From positions 1-64,000 of the forward strand of contig JAHLWZ010000800.1 of the NCBI GenBank assembly GCA_020536535.1: DNA of 64,000 nucleotides. Direction: 5' to 3'. Shown here in pieces: positions 1-11,226 of this stretch; position 1 is the first letter of the stretch, and every line of letters starts with the position of its first letter. Source of the stretch: Pelomyxa schiedti. Its lineage: Eukaryota; Protista; Evosea. The translations under genes and the position numbers were made by a program. The notes under the pieces were generated by a model. The model ran no database searches, was not told the DNA's origin, and saw only the letters and a list, made by a program, of their open reading frames with translations.

Positions 1-414
1 CCACCCTGGGCCTCATTTTTAAGATGAGGCCGCTGCTTGACAGAAGTGCAGTTGTGGCCTGAGGCAGTTTAGTAATGAATGACTTGAAAATTTTAGGTGT
101 GTACCTCACGATTTAAGCAACGAAGAGTTCTTAGAATGCGGAGGGTTTTCATAAGCACTTCATCGATTTCTGTTTTTCCATTGGGTAGGGCAGAAAAAAA
201 AAGGGAAAGGACTGTTACCACTGGAGCAAAGTGAAGTGAAAGTCTGAAGAAGCCCTGGGGTCTGTTGTAAGTCGTTATAAAGATGTGAAGCAAAACACGA
301 ATCACCTTTTGCAAGTAAAACTGCAGAGGGCACTGAGTGACGAATCAACTTGAGAAGGATGTCGAGGGTGGGAGAAGTTCCACATACCACACGAATTTCT
401 TTTTCGTCAGGCAA
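1..414 (-). CDS. 5' part of an unidentified spliced gene running off the left edge (helical/ARM-like?)
   Basis: Exons join via GT-AG introns (...LCSS|EIDEVLMKTLRILRTLRCLNRE|ATTALLSSSGLILKMRPRV...). The start codon could not be resolved. Confidence 0.3.
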
Positions 415-592
415 CTAGCGTCACACTTTCACGTTCCGATCAAAATCAACAAAGAGACCGAGAAAAAAAAAAACCCCAAAACAAGAAAAAAGAAAAAAAA
501 AAGATCCAACGAGACACACGTCCCCTGCTCAGTCGCCACTCCGAAGAAACTAAAAAAAAACAACACAAGATCTCACAATACAAAACAAACAC

Positions 593-3500
593 ATGTCGCG
601 TATTGGCAACACCAGTATCAGTAGCGATAGCTACAACAACAGCAACTTTGGGGGCGGCGGTGGAGGAAGCAACAACTTTAGTAGTTCGTCGTCTTCATCC
701 TCATCTTCGTCGGCCGCGGGAGGGGGATACAACACTTCCGATGCGCTGCCTCCCGGTTCGCCGGTGGTGCCATCGCCGCCCCTGGGATCGTCGTCTGTGG
801 CAACAACTGCGGCGAACGCGGCGGCCACGATCATGTCCACAACCGAGGACGTTATGACCAGGATGGGGTTGGACGACAAGCGTTTCTTCGAGGACACTGC
901 AAACGTTGCAGCCAAGTTGGCAGAGGTGCGTGTTATGCTGGACTCGAACAATGAGAAAGACAAACTCCTCAGCCTCAAGAGGCTTATGGCTGTATGTTTC
1001 GTCGCTCAAAACAACTACAACTAACCTATGTAATTTTACACTCAATATATTTCTGACAAACAAAATCGGTAGATGATGTCAAAAGGAAGAGATGTCTCTT
1101 CCGTGTTCCCTGACGTTGTTAAAAACGTCATCTCCCCCAACATTGAGATTCGCAAGCTTGTGTACATGTACTTGGTCCACTATGCTGAGCTAGAACCACA
1201 AAAAGCATTGCTTGCAATCAACAGTCTGCAGAAAGCTCAGGCAGATCCAAACCAACTTCTACGGTTTACACTCTCTTTGCCTTTCTTTACTTTCTAACAT
1301 TATTTAGGGCATCCTCTCTTCGCTCTATGTCGAGCATCCGTGTTAGAGATATCACCCAACTTATTGTAATCTCTGTGAGCAAGTCTGTCAAAGATTCTTC
1401 ACCGTTTGTACGCAAAGCCGCAGCCCACGCAATTCCCAAGATATTACGGCAAGTCTACTCTTTGTCACCTAAACTCACTCAGTCTTTCAGATTGGATCCC
1501 AGGCAAATTGATCAATGCATCGAAATGGTGGCTATTCTCATGAAAGATCCTGCTGTTATGGTCATTGGTTCTGCTGTTCAGGTTTTCACCTTCAATTGCC
1601 AGTGCAAGCAGCAAACACTTTCTTCAGGCATTCCTTGAAGTGTGCCCAAATAACTACGATCTTTTCCACCTTGAGTACCGCCGTATATGCCATGTGCTTC
1701 CTGATGTTGACGAATGGGGACAAGTATACACTAATTTTGGTTAAATATAGTCTGAGCATCATGTTAGGTTGCCATACTGACACTTCTGTTGAGATATGGG
1801 CGAACGCAATTTGTGGATCCATCCCCTGAAAAGCATCGTAAAGTCAAGTACTCGAAATTAAAAAAAAAATGGGAGGAAAGTAACATTTATTTTTTCTCAG
1901 GCCTGCAGTGCCCGAAGGTGCTGAAACTGCCGCTGCCGAATCTGCTGCTGCCGAACCCGCTGAAGAGGAATATGAAGATTGGGAAATGGACCCTGACCAC
2001 CGTTTAATGTTGACATGCTCTTCCCCATTATTCCAATCCAGAAATTCTGCGGTTTTTCCTTTTTCTCCCTGAGATTGTCTCTTACTGAAAGCTAGGTTGT
2101 CATGGCAACATGCTTGCTTCACTTTTACATGGCTCCGTCCAATGAGCTCCATCGTGTCGCCAAAGCCATGATTCGATTACTCCATACTAACAGAGAAACC
2201 ACTTTCATAGTACTTACTAATATTGCTACAATGGCCAACAGTCGCCCTGTATGCGTAAACTTCATGTGTTTTTGTTGACACATAATAGAGTCTCTTTGCC
2301 GATCACTTCATTGAATTCTTTGTTAAAAGCGGGGAGCCGCTTGTTGTAAAGAACCTCAAGCTAGATATTCTGACTCACCTCGCAAATGAAGGCAACATTG
2401 CAAGGATTCTGCGCGAATTTAAAGAATATGTCAAGGATGAAAACAAAGTCTTCGTCGCCAATACTATTCAAGCAATCGGGAGGTAATATTTACCTTGCCA
2501 TCGTCCCTTTGGTGACATTACTAGGTGTGCGACATCGATTGTAGAAGTGTCGGAGATATGTCAGCAGCACCTAATGCAATTGATAGCCAGCCCAAGTGAG
2601 GAAGTGGTAGCTGAAAGTGTCGTTGTCTTAAAGAAATTGCTGCAGCTCAATGAACAACAAACAAAAACAAGTGCAGAACAGCAAGAGGAGGTAATGCAGA
2701 CTCATCGAGGAATATCTCATGGAAACTCTTCCTTATAGGATTCAAATCGAGATCGCCGTGTCATCAAGCACCTTGCCCGTCTCCTCAAGACTGTAACAGT
2801 ATGTAGAGAAGTACCAAACAAAGAAGTTTGAAAAATACACAACAGGCACCCCATGCAAGAGCGTCCATTGTGTGGGTGATAGGTGAATATAATAAATCTA
2901 TCCCGCAGTATGCCCCAGACATTTTGCGAGAATTAGCAAAAACCTTTGCTGATGAGGCATGACTCCAATTTCAGCATCTCCACTGTGACTCTCTCCACAG
3001 GAAACAATTGTGAAGTTACAAATTCTGACCCTTGGGGCAAAGTTGTTCCTGTCAAATGCTGCTCAAACAGAACAAATTTTCAAGTATCTTCTTCAGCTTG
3101 CCAAATATGACCAAAGCTATGATATCAGGCATATAGCATCAGAATCATCTCTCTTTCTTATTCCCAAATAGAGACAGGGGCCGAGTTATGCGTCAGATTC
3201 TTTTCACTGGGACACCAGAACAAATTCACAATGCTTGTGCGCGTCTTTTCCTTACAAAAAAGCCTGTACCTGTGCTTTCCACAGCATCAGATGGTATTCT
3301 TTCTTTTCACTTTGTTTGATGAAAATAACTTAGCCTACAGGTAGAAACCATTATGCCTTAGGCACTTTGTCGCACCTTCTCAACGAAAGCGTCCCCGGCT
3401 ACGAGCCAATTCCTGACTTCCCTGAAGTATTTCGTTTGCCCTTTAAGCAATTTATTCATTTCGAAAGGTGGCTCCTGCAACTCTCAGGGGAGCTGCCGTT

Positions 3501-5006
3501 GTAGATGTGCCAGCTGACAAAACAAAATGGAGTGAGCTTCTGGATGAACCTCATGATGGTGATGCCTGGGATGAAGGAGGGTATGTGCCTCTTTACCCCC
3601 TTTTTTTTTCTTAACCTGGCTAACAGTGATGATGGATGGGGTGTGGAGGATGACAAAAAGCCTGCAGACGACGATGGGTGGGGAACTGATGAGGAGGAAG
3701 AACAAGAGGAGGAGGAAGAGGAGGAGGAAGAAGAGGAAGAAGAGGAGGAGGAGGAGGAGGAAGAGGAAGATGAATGGGGAAATATCATCACCAAACCCGC
3801 CAAACCCAAGCCAACTAAGTACAAGAAAATAAGTAAAGCGAAACCAGCACCGAAAGTTACTCCAGCCCCTGTTTCGGTGAGCCCAGTAATAACAGCAACT
3901 TCATCATCCACAACCACAACCACAACCACACCCACCACAAACACATCAGAAGAAGCAAACGGTAACGTTCACTTTCTTTCTACCTGTATTAATGTCTTCC
4001 TAGAAACTCTGCCGGAACCAACCCAAGCTTCTGCTTCTGACTCAACCTCTGCCCCTGTCCCCATCCCGGTCTCCACTGAAGTAAACTTCTCACAATTTTC
4101 ACGAACTTGAAAATAATAGCACCACTGTAGGTAGTCAAGTCCTGTGCTGTTTATTCTGGTCCAGAAGTATCTGAAAAAACACCTGTCACTATAGTAGGAG
4201 ACACTTCAGATATTACTGTGGACTTCTGTATAGCTCGTAGACCTTCTCCAAAGGGCCCTAATGTTAGCACTATCCGATTGTTCGTTAAGAATGAAAAATC
4301 GGATGCGCCCGTATCACACTTGTCTCTGGGCAATATGGTACTTTCTTGAATGATACTTTAGCCAGTAACAGTTTTTAGATTGAGGACGACGGGAGCAAAA
4401 TGTTGGATAGTCCCACCATAACAGAAATTCCGGCTGGAGGCACAGCGGAATGCGACCTGCAAGTATCCTTTGGTTCTCCGTCATCTATAAGTTTTGATGT
4501 CGAGTATGCAGTAAATTTGTATTATGAAGTGTAACCCTACAAAGGTGTTCACTGGGGAAAATTCCGGTCTGTATATCACCTCAAATGGGGGATTTGATAA
4601 GGCCCCTAGTTTTAAGTGAGCAGGATTTGCAAGAAGTACCCAGTACGTGGTAATACTGGGAATTAAGTAAATCTAAGAATGTAATACAGAAAAGCTTGAA
4701 TCTCTGGAAAAGAGTGAACTGCCTCCACCCAAGGCAGCAAACTTAATAGAGGCCATCCAGGTTTCGCTTTTGTTTCCTGGGGGGAGGTTTGCCAGGTGTT
4801 CCTTTACTGAAACCTTTCAGACATTTGCTTATATCGGATATGTGGATTCACCGCCAACCGGCATGACAGCACTGTTTTGCGGTGCCTTTGTATTCAACTC
4901 GGAACCAGTGTTCATTGTAGTTGGAAGTACAGTTTGTGTCTACACCAAAAACCGACAAAACCTGGACGCCCTCTCCAAGGAACTCAACACCCACCTCAGT
5001 TTCTAA
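593..5006 (+). CDS. AP3B: AP-3 complex beta subunit (beta-adaptin), multi-exon
   Basis: Adaptin N-trunk motifs KLLSLKRLMAMMSKGRDVSSVFPDVVKNV, RKLVYMYLVHYAE and DSSPFVRKAAAHAIPK. AP3B-type DPDHRLML..SPLFQSRNSAVV. Acidic hinge. Ear region DFCIARRPSPKGPNVSTIRLFVKN resembles the AP3B C-terminal domain. Last exon ends TAA at 5006. Confidence 0.9.
3688..3774 (+). repeat. (GAG/GAA)n poly-Glu tract in the AP3B hinge
   Basis: In-frame purine triplet run encoding a long E stretch. Confidence 0.9.
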
Positions 5007-5189
5007 GCCTACAACACACCCCTATACACCACCCTATGACACTTCGGAAGCATTAAAAAGTATTTTCCCTCAACTTGTGTGTTCCGTGGTTTTTCCCTGT
5101 GCCCTCGAAAAACGTTCCGCCAAATCCGTGATCTTTTCCCACTTTTTTCCTTTTTTCCCAGGGACTGTGTGCCGTTGTTCGACTCCAAG

Positions 5190-8100
5190 ATGCACTCCGC
5201 GGCGCCCCCGTCCGACGAGTGCATCACCGTGTGTGGTGTTTGCCTTGGGGTGTATTGTGACCCAGTGTACCTGTAATGCGGCCACACAGTCTGCCGCAAA
5301 TGCGCTTGTGAAACTCTCGTGGCCTACTCCATCCTCTCGTCTCGATCATCGGGCACGCAGCGTCATCAACATAAGGGAGGAGGAGGCACGCTACCGGGGC
5401 GGCAGACACAGGCTCATGCAACTGCCTCCGCGGTGGCAGCCTGTTCCAGTGTCTGTGCCATTGGCACCGAGAATGCCATGCGCACCGCGCCGGCTTGCTC
5501 TTGCACTCCTTGTTGTGGCTGTTTGACATGTGTAGGCGGTGGTCGCTATCCAGGTTTCCCTTGTGGTTTTCATTTAATCTTTATGCATTGGGAAAATAAG
5601 CCTAATTAAACACCCCTGTGTGTTCTTGGGTTTATCTCTCCTCTACCTGCAGTTTCTCTGACCTTTTTTCCCAAAATACAAAGTGGAAATCAGGTGCCCG
5701 TTCCGGTGCTCCAGGTTGACAACGTTGACAACTATTTCAGGTGACAACTTGAAACCAGACACTGCGGCAATGGCCCTAATTGAAAAGAGAAAAGCTGAAT
5801 CCGTGTGTTCCATTTCTATGTCCGCAGAAAGCCCTGAGATATATAACAAACAAACAACACAAAAAGACCAAAATGACACTTTGTGAGGCACAGTACTGCT
5901 GTGAGGAACCCACAAGTTCACCATCACCTGCCATTTGCAGGTGCTCCTCTTGTCATGATATGCTGTTCTGTGGACCTTGCTTCACCCAGCAGCACCAAAG
6001 GGGTGCCTACAGAACTCACAAGGTCTATTGATATTATGTACATTTTGGGTTTTTAGCTTACAAACGCCTAAGGCAACTGAATTTCCACAAGGCACAACAC
6101 AAACCCGTCAGGCAACAGCAACAATATGTGCCCTGCATAACAAGGAACGGGAGCTGATGTGCTCATGTGGTGAGCCGATCTGCTGTTTGTGTGAGAAGTC
6201 AAAGAATCACAGTGGTCACACAAACATACCTTTGGTTGACAGCATTCTCCAGAAAGTCTCAGAGCTAAAAGGTGGGCGTGGAGATTTATCTCACATCATT
6301 AATTGAGTTGGGCACATGCTTATCATTTGATACTAAATCCCAAAAAGGATTCCTCATGGACCTAGATGACATTTCTACCAAAGAAGTTGATGCGATTTCG
6401 AAAATAAGTGAAGAGAAATTGTTGGTATCCAAGGTACTCCTTGTTTCCCAAAAGCTTCAATTAACCTATTGCTGTGAAAACGGCAGAGGCTAGTTGAGGG
6501 CAATACGTCAATTCTTGTCAATTTGCAGGCAATCCAAGTCGCGGCTGAGAGCAGGTGCAAGGAGCTCAATGACTTGTCACAGGCGATCTCTGCTTCGATG
6601 AGTACTAATTACTCCATTCAAACAAAACGGAAGCTTTAAAATGGAGCGCGGGAGAAAGAGGGAGTGGAGACACAATAATAAAAAAAGACACCAAAACGCG
6701 CTCTAATCCATCCATTCACAGCACGCAACCTGGAAGTACAATCCAACGCATTAGAGGCAGTGCTGCAGAACCTCCAAGGGTTGATGACAAAAGTAAAGGA
6801 CATTATTGAACAAGGTGACCCTCTGAATGTCATTCAATCGCACTCGGTCCTCTCTGCCTTCCTCTCTGAGAAAGCATCATTATTGGTACCAAACACAAAG
6901 ACTTCTAGCAAGTGATCACAACAAATAGGATAAGCGCAGACTTGAACCATGTGAACAAGCCAAAGCAATCGTGTTCACGATTGGACCAACTGACGACGTG
7001 ATTGGAATGATCAAAAAATATGGAGCAGTGAGCAAAGGGAGGCTCCCAAACCCACCAAGTGGAGGGAGGGCACCAGTGTGCACGAGGAAATCAGATACAA
7101 TCATCACAGTGCAGTGGGAACCACCATCACCCCACGATGAACAGATGGATATTGAGCAAGTGGTGGGCTACAATGTATTGGTGTCACCCTCATCCAATCA
7201 CACAGCTTCAGCTTCCCTGCCAGAAACAACAACAACAACAAGTCCTCCTTCCTCTTTGTCACCATCAACACTGAAAACAACAGGAGGGGGTGCAAGGGAT
7301 GGTGTGAGAGGGCCTCTGGAGGCAGTGACAACGGTGGCACTGTTTGAAGTGAAGGGGAAGGAGACAACAAAGTGTGAGGTGACTGTGGAACCAAAGGAGC
7401 TCGCGGTTTCGGTGTGTGCCGTGAGCCTCGTTGGATCATCAGCCCCAACACAGAGTGCCATTGTGGCCACAACACCACCAACGAGGGAGGTTGAGGTGTT
7501 TGTGTGGGGTGCTGCTGGCGGCGGGAATGGTGGCAACAGCATGGCGGGGGGCCCAGGGGGGTTCTCAACAGCCAGGATGGTGCTCAAGACCGGGACGCGG
7601 CTCACGATCGTGGTGGGCCAGGGAGGCGCCGGAAATTGCTCTGGATCCGGAACAGCGACAAGGAAATCATTTGGTGGTGGTGGAAGTGGCGGGAAAACCA
7701 CAAACTGGTGCGGGGCAGGGGGAGGGGGCTGCAGCGCCGTGATGTTCGACGGGGTGCCCCTGGTGGTGGCCGGCGGCGGCGGAGGCTCCGCTGTAAACAA
7801 CGGCAGCCATGGGTTTGGGGGAGGCGGGGGCGGCGAGGAAGGGAGCGCGGATGGGGACCAGCGCAAGAGGGCAACACAGAACTCGCCTGGTGGCTGGGGT
7901 GACAGCTCCCCACAGTGCGGCGACAAGTTCCGCGGCGGCGACGGGGCCTACGACCCTGCTAATGACCATGCTGGTGGGGGAGGTGGAGGCGGCCTGTACG
8001 GGGGCGGCGGCGGCCACACATACAGTCAGAAGGACAGCGGAGGCGGCGGGGGCAGCGGGTTCGCCATGGCGCCTACTGGCACCACGGGAGTACGCGGGGT

Positions 8101-8380
8101 GTGCTCCTGCGTCGCGGCGGTGCTGAGCTCGCGCACGGTGTGCGGGCAGCGCGCCACCGCGACCAACGCGGCCACTACGCCGCCCGAGAAAGCCAACGAG
8201 CACTACCGAGGCGGAGCCGGCGCCTGCGCCGCCCCTGCGAGCGGCCAGACCGTAGACGGCAACCACGGCCTGGTGGTTGTCCTCGTCGGGGACTCTTCGT
8301 CGCCCCCGGGGGACAAGCATGAGCCCACCAAGCACGTGTTCGAATACACTGGCCAGAACCAGGACCTCCTCATCCCCTAA
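5190..8380 (+). CDS. TRIM-like protein: RING (in-frame TAA at 5274-5276), two B-boxes, coiled coil, FN3, ALK/LTK-type glycine-rich domain
   Basis: CGVCLGVYCDPVYL*CGHTVCRKC...CPFRC; B-box1 CEAQYCCEE...CSSCHDMLFCGPCFTQQH; B-box2 CALHNKERELMCSCGEPICCLCEKSKNHSGH; FN3 ITVQWEPP..VVGYNV; EVFVWGAAGGG...LTIVVGQGG polyglycine domain; stop at 8380. Confidence 0.75.
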
Positions 8381-8464
8381 ATTTCACCGTGCTGTTGTCC
8401 TATCAAATTCCAAAACAAACTTTTTTATTCTATTTATTCAAACCCAGGAGGTTTGTTCTCGTGA

Positions 8465-9724
8465 ATGGGAGGGTGCTGTTGCTGCTTCTGTTGTTGTGAT
8501 AGTAACACCAACCCACGCACAAGGTCTGATGGCGGGGGGTGTTGCTGCAAAAGTGGGTGTGGTGGTTGTTACAGTGGGTCCAAATTTGTTGCGCAGTTCG
8601 GCCCCTGTGCCTTGATAACGTACGTGACGTGACAGGACTTATTTTGTTGCCGTGTAGTGTTTTTGTTTCTTGACTGTTATTGTGTAGTGGATAATGGCCA
8701 ATATATTTTGTCCAAACGACAGGGGTGCTGCAATGGGACTTGGTGCAGAATTTGCCTTTCAGTGTGCTGTGGAGAGAGGCCTTGACTTGGCTCTGGTTGA
8801 TATTGTGGCAATGGACGAGATAGTTCACAGGATTCATGCCACTTCTCCATCCACTCACGTAATTCTGCCTCCATCCCTCCCGCGTCGGCGTTCTTCATTG
8901 CTCACTCAAAGTTGGATGGCATCATCATCCAGGTGGTGACAATCCAGGGTGACCTGACTGATGTGCAGTTTGTGCAACACATATTTGAAGTCACTGACAC
9001 TATTGATGTGGGGCTCCTTGTTTGCAATGCGGGCGTTAGCAACATGGGGAAGTTTCTGGACAAAGAGATATCCACGCACCTCAGGGTAGTTGACCTCAAT
9101 ACCAGATCACCATTGATGCTGGCCCATCACTTTGGGCGAAAAATGGTTGGCAGGGGTCGAGGTTTTTCCCTATCACCTCATATGTTATCACTCTAATTAC
9201 TTTTGGAATAGGAGGCATCATATTGCTATCGTCATGTTCTGCACTTCGCGGAGCTCCCTTTGTTGCCAATTATGCCGCCACGAAAGCCTACAACATGATT
9301 CTAGCAGAAAGTTTGTGGGGTGAACTAGGCCCATACGGGGTCCATGTAACTGCCTGCCTCCCAGGTGAAGTTTCAACCCCCGGGCTCCAGGCATACAACC
9401 CAAGGTCCAACTCACATTCTAGCAGTATGCTATCATTCCGAGGTCCCATCCCCTTACTATCTTCTCATCTTCCATGCAGCCCCAGCGCCGGTTGTGAGGG
9501 AAACGCTGGATGGACTTTACGCACATGAAACCAGGGTTATTCCAGGCGGGTTCACCAAATTTGCCATGTGCTTTCTTGGGTGCTGTTGCTCCCGCGGCTC
9601 AGCAATAAACATGGTTCGCTCTCAGATGATTGCCACGTATCCTGCAACAAGCACCTCCTCAACCACATCAAGCCCCACAACATCCACCTCCTTGTTGAAT
9701 CAAGAGGACATAGACCCTCCTTGA
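8465..9724 (+). CDS. Short-chain dehydrogenase/reductase (17beta-HSD/ketoacyl reductase-like) with Cys-rich N-terminus
   Basis: Spliced KFVAQFGPCALIT|GAAMGLGAEFA (TGxxxGxG), LVCNAGV, and catalytic NYAATKAY (YxxxK). First exon MGGCCCCFCCCD is missed by the ORF track. Confidence 0.85.
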
Positions 9725-9891
9725 TTACCACGTGGAAAAAGGCCACACTGGTATCTTGATTGTAACAACGCCTCAAATGCCCAAGAAGAAATTTCAAATC
9801 CAGGGATTTTTTTTTCTTTTTTTTTTTCTGTTTTTTGTAGACAATAAAGATAGACAGAGGATGGGTGATAGAACATAATAGTTTGAGGTGA

Positions 9892-11055
9892 TCAGTGGAT
9901 CCAACCCTTGTCGTGGCCGTCAGCCATTTGCGGCTCCAAAAATCCACGGAATTCATAGGGAGGATCAGCAAGCCACCTGGCGCCATACCCTTCGGCGTTC
10001 CTCACTTCGTAAATCACAATGTTGTGCGGCAGTTGGTGAATGTTAAGCCATGCGGTATTCGCGAGAATTCGTCTGAGTGCATCCAGGGCCATCTGGTTTT
10101 TCTTCTCCTCAGTGCCGGAAAGCCCGTCACCCCACCATCCATCTCGCGATCGTTGGCAATGCTTGCTCAGAGCACGACCAATCACTGTAAGCTTATTGCT
10201 CGATTTGCCGTCGTCCTCCTCCGCATTCAGCTGGCAGCAGGATTGAATAAGAACCTCGATCGGCGGAGGCAGCTTGTTGGCCGTTCCAACAGTCCGGCGA
10301 ACTCCCAGGAGTCTCATCACCCCCGGCATTCCAAGTGAGGCAAACAGGGACCGGACGGCGTCCACAGTAGGGTGAGCAACCGCGTCTCTCACTGCAGGTG
10401 TGAGTGAGTCTAGGTGCCTCTTAACAGCCGAAGCATCATCCTCCTGCACCAAGAACATCTTCATCGTCTTGAAGGTGATCGGGAAAATCCCAGTGGTACT
10501 CCACAGTGTCAGTCTCATTGCAATTTCTTTCTCGAGAGGTCCTCTCGCCGCTGGAGTGGTGCATTCCGGCCCAGGAGGCCACATCGTATCCGGAAAAGGG
10601 GGGATTCCTTCAACTATTCTGCCGGTGCAATCCTCTGGGTGCTCCAAGAAGTGCACAATCTTGGGGCACAGAGGGAATAGTATTTCTGTCAGAGCCTGGA
10701 GCCCCACAACATCCTTCCATTCCGGTAGGTCCAGAAGCTTCGCCGAAAGCCGGGCCACTTCGGAAGGCGGGAGAATGATAGGAGCCACTTCGGCGATTGA
10801 CGCGAGGGCTCCGGCGGCATCAACAATCGGGCGCAGCGCCAGTACCTTGGCGAGGAGATCCGTAGCGGAAGCCTGCTGCTGCGGGGTCATAGTGGCGCCA
10901 GTCACAGATCCCGAGATCTCGATCGCTGTGTTCAGCAGCGCCATAGCCGCGTTCGACAGAGAAAAAGTTGGAGATTGAGGCTCCAACGGCGTACTGCTCG
11001 CAGTTGTGGACGTTGATGCCGTTGTCGTAGCCGCAGCACTCGATGTTGACGCCAT
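9892..11055 (-). CDS. Intronless 387-aa protein with the conserved C-terminal domain of plant ASCH-domain proteins (GRALSKH...GYGARW...GFLEP...GWxH); possible toxin-like RNase fold
   Basis: Uninterrupted ORF. LGVRRTVGT..LPPP, LTVIGRALSKHCQRSRDGWWG, WLNIHQLP, EVRNAEGYGARW and FRGFLEPQMADGHDKGWIH match, from recall, the C-terminal half of plant 'RNA-binding ASCH domain' proteins. No ASCH domain is seen here. Confidence 0.7.
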   Translation of the reverse strand: MASTSSAAATTTASTSTTASSTPLEPQSPTFSLSNAAMALLNTAIEISGSVTGATMTPQQQASATDLLAKVLALRPIVDAAGALASIAEVAPIILPPSEVARLSAKLLDLPEWKDVVGLQALTEILFPLCPKIVHFLEHPEDCTGRIVEGIPPFPDTMWPPGPECTTPAARGPLEKEIAMRLTLWSTTGIFPITFKTMKMFLVQEDDASAVKRHLDSLTPAVRDAVAHPTVDAVRSLFASLGMPGVMRLLGVRRTVGTANKLPPPIEVLIQSCCQLNAEEDDGKSSNKLTVIGRALSKHCQRSRDGWWGDGLSGTEEKKNQMALDALRRILANTAWLNIHQLPHNIVIYEVRNAEGYGARWLADPPYEFRGFLEPQMADGHDKGWIH

Positions 11056-11226
11056 TGTATCGTGCCTTGGTTTTTATTTTGTTGTGTTTCGTTTGTTCAA
11101 GGCTTCTTCTTTCTGGCAGGGGAAATCTGACTCCGGGAAGCCAAATCTCGGAAGGGAAAAAAAAACCTCATCAAAGTCGAACGAAGCAGATTTCTTTTTT
11201 GTATAAACAACAAAAAAACAAAGGGG

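Noticed and set aside
9-31. GGCCTCAT-n7-ATGAGGCC hairpin
   Set aside because: An 8-bp stem is expected by chance in 64 kb and probably lies in coding sequence.
5274-5276. TAA reassigned to Gln (non-standard genetic code)
   Set aside because: TAA and TAG terminate many genes here (for example AP3B, TRIM-like, SPT, RBR), and no other internal stops were needed in conserved exons.
7104-8335. Long antisense and alternate-frame ORFs over GC-rich or repeat coding DNA (also 50524-51421, 52878-53976, 55564-56953, 60720-61526)
   Set aside because: Shadow ORFs expected from high GC3 and low-complexity repeats; no recognisable motifs.
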